Below, in pieces: positions 61,200 through 64,000 of a stretch of DNA of 64,000 nt (positions within the stretch are counted from its first letter, which is position 1; the number at the start of each line of letters is the position of its first letter). The stretch spans positions 1-64,000 of the forward strand of contig JALMLS010000514.1 in assembly GCA_038496445.1 (NCBI GenBank). Direction: 5' to 3'. Made by a program: the position numbers and the translations under genes. Source of the DNA: Trichosphaerium sp. ATCC 40318 (taxonomy: Eukaryota > Protista > Tubulinea). The notes beneath the pieces are model-generated. The model worked only from the letters and a program-made list of their open reading frames with translations. It did no database searches and had not been told where the DNA came from.

Positions 61200-64000
61200 A
61201 TGGAGCACAGTACTCAATCGGTGTGTAATTACATTCTTGACAAAGCAAATGACATGTCACACATGTTTGTTACCAAAAAATAGGTAGTGACCGTTCCCGA
61301 TGATTACAAGTCCGATGAGCCTGTAGAAATAACAATACGGGGCGTAATAATGGCGCTAATACTTAGGTAACCTTCATCCATTATATAATACGTTTCTAAC
61401 GCTACCAAGCGGCGTATTCTGTGCTGCTAATACGTATTTGGGTCTCTTTGCTGGTATTTCTATATCAGTTTCCATTCCTTCTTCTATTGTAGCAATGACT
61501 GTTCTAAGGTACACTAGAGAGTCGCATTATCCTTTATATGGAAAAGTAGACACCATTTTTTTTTGCTATTTAATCACGTGACTTTAACAAAATTTTTAGG
61601 CCGTTTCACGCCGGAATACATGAGATAAACGCTATTCAAACAGGTAATCTATCAAACAAAAGTAAAGATTGATACCAAAAAAGACCTAAATAGGTTCATC
61701 GGCTGGAGCGACTATTTCTGCTGGAATTATATATACTCTACCTGCCCTAATTTTAGCTAATTCTTGGAGCACGATTGTATACTGGCAAACTGCAGTAGTT
61801 GCTCTATTAGGTAAAAGAACTTCCTTCCAAGGTTTTTCGGCTTTGTCTTTTGTACTTGTTCTGAAGTTTGTACTCAAGGTGGATTGATTGGTATATGTTA
61901 CTCGATACCACTTAGGAGAGCTCTAATAGTTGAAGATCCTCTTAGATATCCTGAAGGTCTAGCAACTGCTGAAATACTTAAAGTTTACAAAAAAAGCACA
62001 AATCAAAAAGTACAAATTTTAGTAATTTGTCTTGGTGCAGTTCTTGGATGCCTTGTAAGTCATAGAGTATCTTCAAATCGTTTTTCTAATTCAGGTCAAG
62101 GCTAAACTATGTGAATCAGGATTTAGACTTTGGGGAAACACTGTGGAAGGCGCAACTTTTGTTGGGTCTTGGGTCTTATATTTTTCACTGAACACTTCAC
62201 CTGCGTTATTAGCTATCGGTTACATTGTTGGCGTATGGGCGAGCTCTTTGCTTATTATCGGTGGTAAGATTTGTATCTTTTTTCAACCTACAGTTTTTGT
62301 CGCACACGTGTGGTGCTTGCAGATTTGTTTTGCTCTGAATCTCTACTCGTTTTTGAAGGTGAATTCACTTGTATCCACATTACTATATTAAGTGTTATTG
62401 TACTGATGTATTGGTAGCTTTCATCCAGTTTTATGTTGCTATTCCTGTTGGTTTAATAATGTATGGCAAGGATAACAAGTTGAGTGCCATAGAAAATATA
62501 AATTCTTTATGGAATAGTAAATTAAGATACCTTGGAGTTGGTGCAATGTTCTTAGGTATGTAACACAACCTTTGCTATGAAAAGAAACGTTGCATCAAAC
62601 TCATCATTCGTATAGGCGGCATTGGTACTATTTTGGAGATAGCTACAAGTATTTACAAAGGTATCAAATCAGCAGTTATATCATTTTTGCTCGTCTTCAG
62701 AAAGAAGATAAATGTCATTAGAAGAAAAGACAGGTACACCTTAATATGACATTGTAAAAATCTTTATTTAAAATGCAGCCAACATCGTGATGAAGACAAT
62801 TTTTTTTTGTTATTCGTTCTCATTCTTATGCTGTCTTAGGGATATACCAATACCTTTCGTTTTTGGTGGATTAGTGTTATGTTGGATACCATTGTTTGTA
62901 TTGTACTTAGTGTTCTTACATAAGTGGTACATTGCAATAACTGTTTCAATCTTTCTACTTCTTGGCGGTTTCATCTTCGCTGCAAGTAAGAACTATAACC
63001 CTTGGTGTCGCTGAAATCAACTTACCTATTCCAATACTAGTTGGAGCATACATGGCGGGTATTGTTGGAAGTAGCAACAATCCAATGTCAGGAGTACGTC
63101 ATAAGGAAAAACACTTTGCAAAATCCTTACTTTTCCATTTTGGAACTGGAGTGCTTTTTGGTTTTTTTTTCTTGTGGTATTTTAACGTTGTTGTACAGAC
63201 AACTTTGATACGCTAACTCTAAATCAGGTCGCTTTAATAACAATACTCACTACTAGCCTAATACTACTGGCTTTTCTTGGTACTCAGAACGACCTTGGAC
63301 CACAAGCAGCAATACTTGTATTTCTCTTATTTTTTCTCTATGTATTCATTTCAAGACTGAGGCATTGTTTAGGCTGGTTCTGTTGCATGTGTCGCTGGCG
63401 CTCTAGCGGGTGATAATATGCAAGATTTGAAGACTGGGCATTGTATTGGAGCAACACCTTTAAAGCAACAAATAATGCAACTCATTGGGATTGTTGTACC
63501 TAGCTTTATAATAGCGCCTGTTCTTTCAGTATTGATTGAGGCATATGTAAGTATTCACGAATCAATTTATAAGAAATTTTATGATTTGGATCACGTGAAT
63601 CATTGGCGACCAAGGCTGGCAATGAATACAGAAGTGGTATTTTTTTCGACATTAATTGATGTTTGTAGGGTATTGGAGAGCCATCTCTGGATAAACCCAA
63701 CCCATTACCAGCGCCTCAAGCAGTTCTAATGGCAGCTGTTTCGAGAGCAATGTTCTTTGGCGGCATTCCCTATATGACGGTTGGTAAATTCCTTTGGTTT
63801 GGAAAAAACAGTTAACTTTTATTTCTCATGTCTACGCTATCTGATGCTGTTTGTCTCTAGGTATTGGCGCTTTGATTGCAGCTGAATTCATTGTAATTGA
63901 TATAATTTCAAGGAAAGTTTTTGGGTTTAAAAGCAAGATTTCAGTACTAGTAAGCTCTTTGAACGAAAAGCACTGCCATGTTTTTTATTCTTACATCTCT
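61200..64000 (+). CDS. OPT-family oligopeptide transporter, truncated by the window end
   Basis: EITIRG, AANTYLGL, SIPLRRALIV..LRYPEGLATAEIL, GSSNNPMSG and DNMQDLKTG motifs. Confidence 0.92.

Larger units (their letters stand above)
2011..63597. repeat. Dispersed, highly iterated palindrome CACGTG (often TCACGTGA), ~63 copies
   Basis: Manual count. Examples at 2011, 2022, 2254, 3475, 4267, 9311, 9322, 10031, 15893, 20851, 20871, 21592, 28825, 31321, 35117, 36592, 36624, 37997, 42142, 42186, 48738, 49179, 51423, 61575 and 63592. Confidence 0.85.

Noticed and set aside
1005-63700. Many 60-160 aa ORFs antisense to, or out of frame with, the called genes
   Set aside because: Shadow ORFs or exon-plus-intron read-throughs without independent motifs.

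Overview
AT-rich (roughly one-third GC), gene-dense eukaryotic nuclear DNA with many short GT-AG introns. The gene content resembles an amoebozoan protist, but taxonomy is an inference. About 30 gene models can be built by splicing the ORF fragments by eye. They include an atypical type IIA topoisomerase, an LPMO, three small GTPases (Rap-like, Ras-like, Rab7-like), an F-box/Sec7/PH-like ArfGEF, an HSF-like factor, a filamin-repeat protein with 31-aa tandem repeats, a Frizzled-like 7TM receptor, SPRY, RING, glycosyltransferase, EBPL and OPT genes, plus a set of intron-poor F-box-type genes (MORN, LRR, ankyrin), several pseudogenised. Three things stand out. (1) The palindrome CACGTG, often TCACGTGA, occurs about 63 times by manual count against about 6 expected, is concentrated in introns and intergenic DNA, and often has a partner site 11 bp away. 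(2) The topoisomerase II has an intact cleavage core but a vestigial ATPase, apparently no transducer domain, and an extra spliced C-terminal RRM-like domain. (3) A ~1.5 kb inverted duplication ends at a TCACGTGA site. Exon boundaries and domain calls are by eye; no searches were run.
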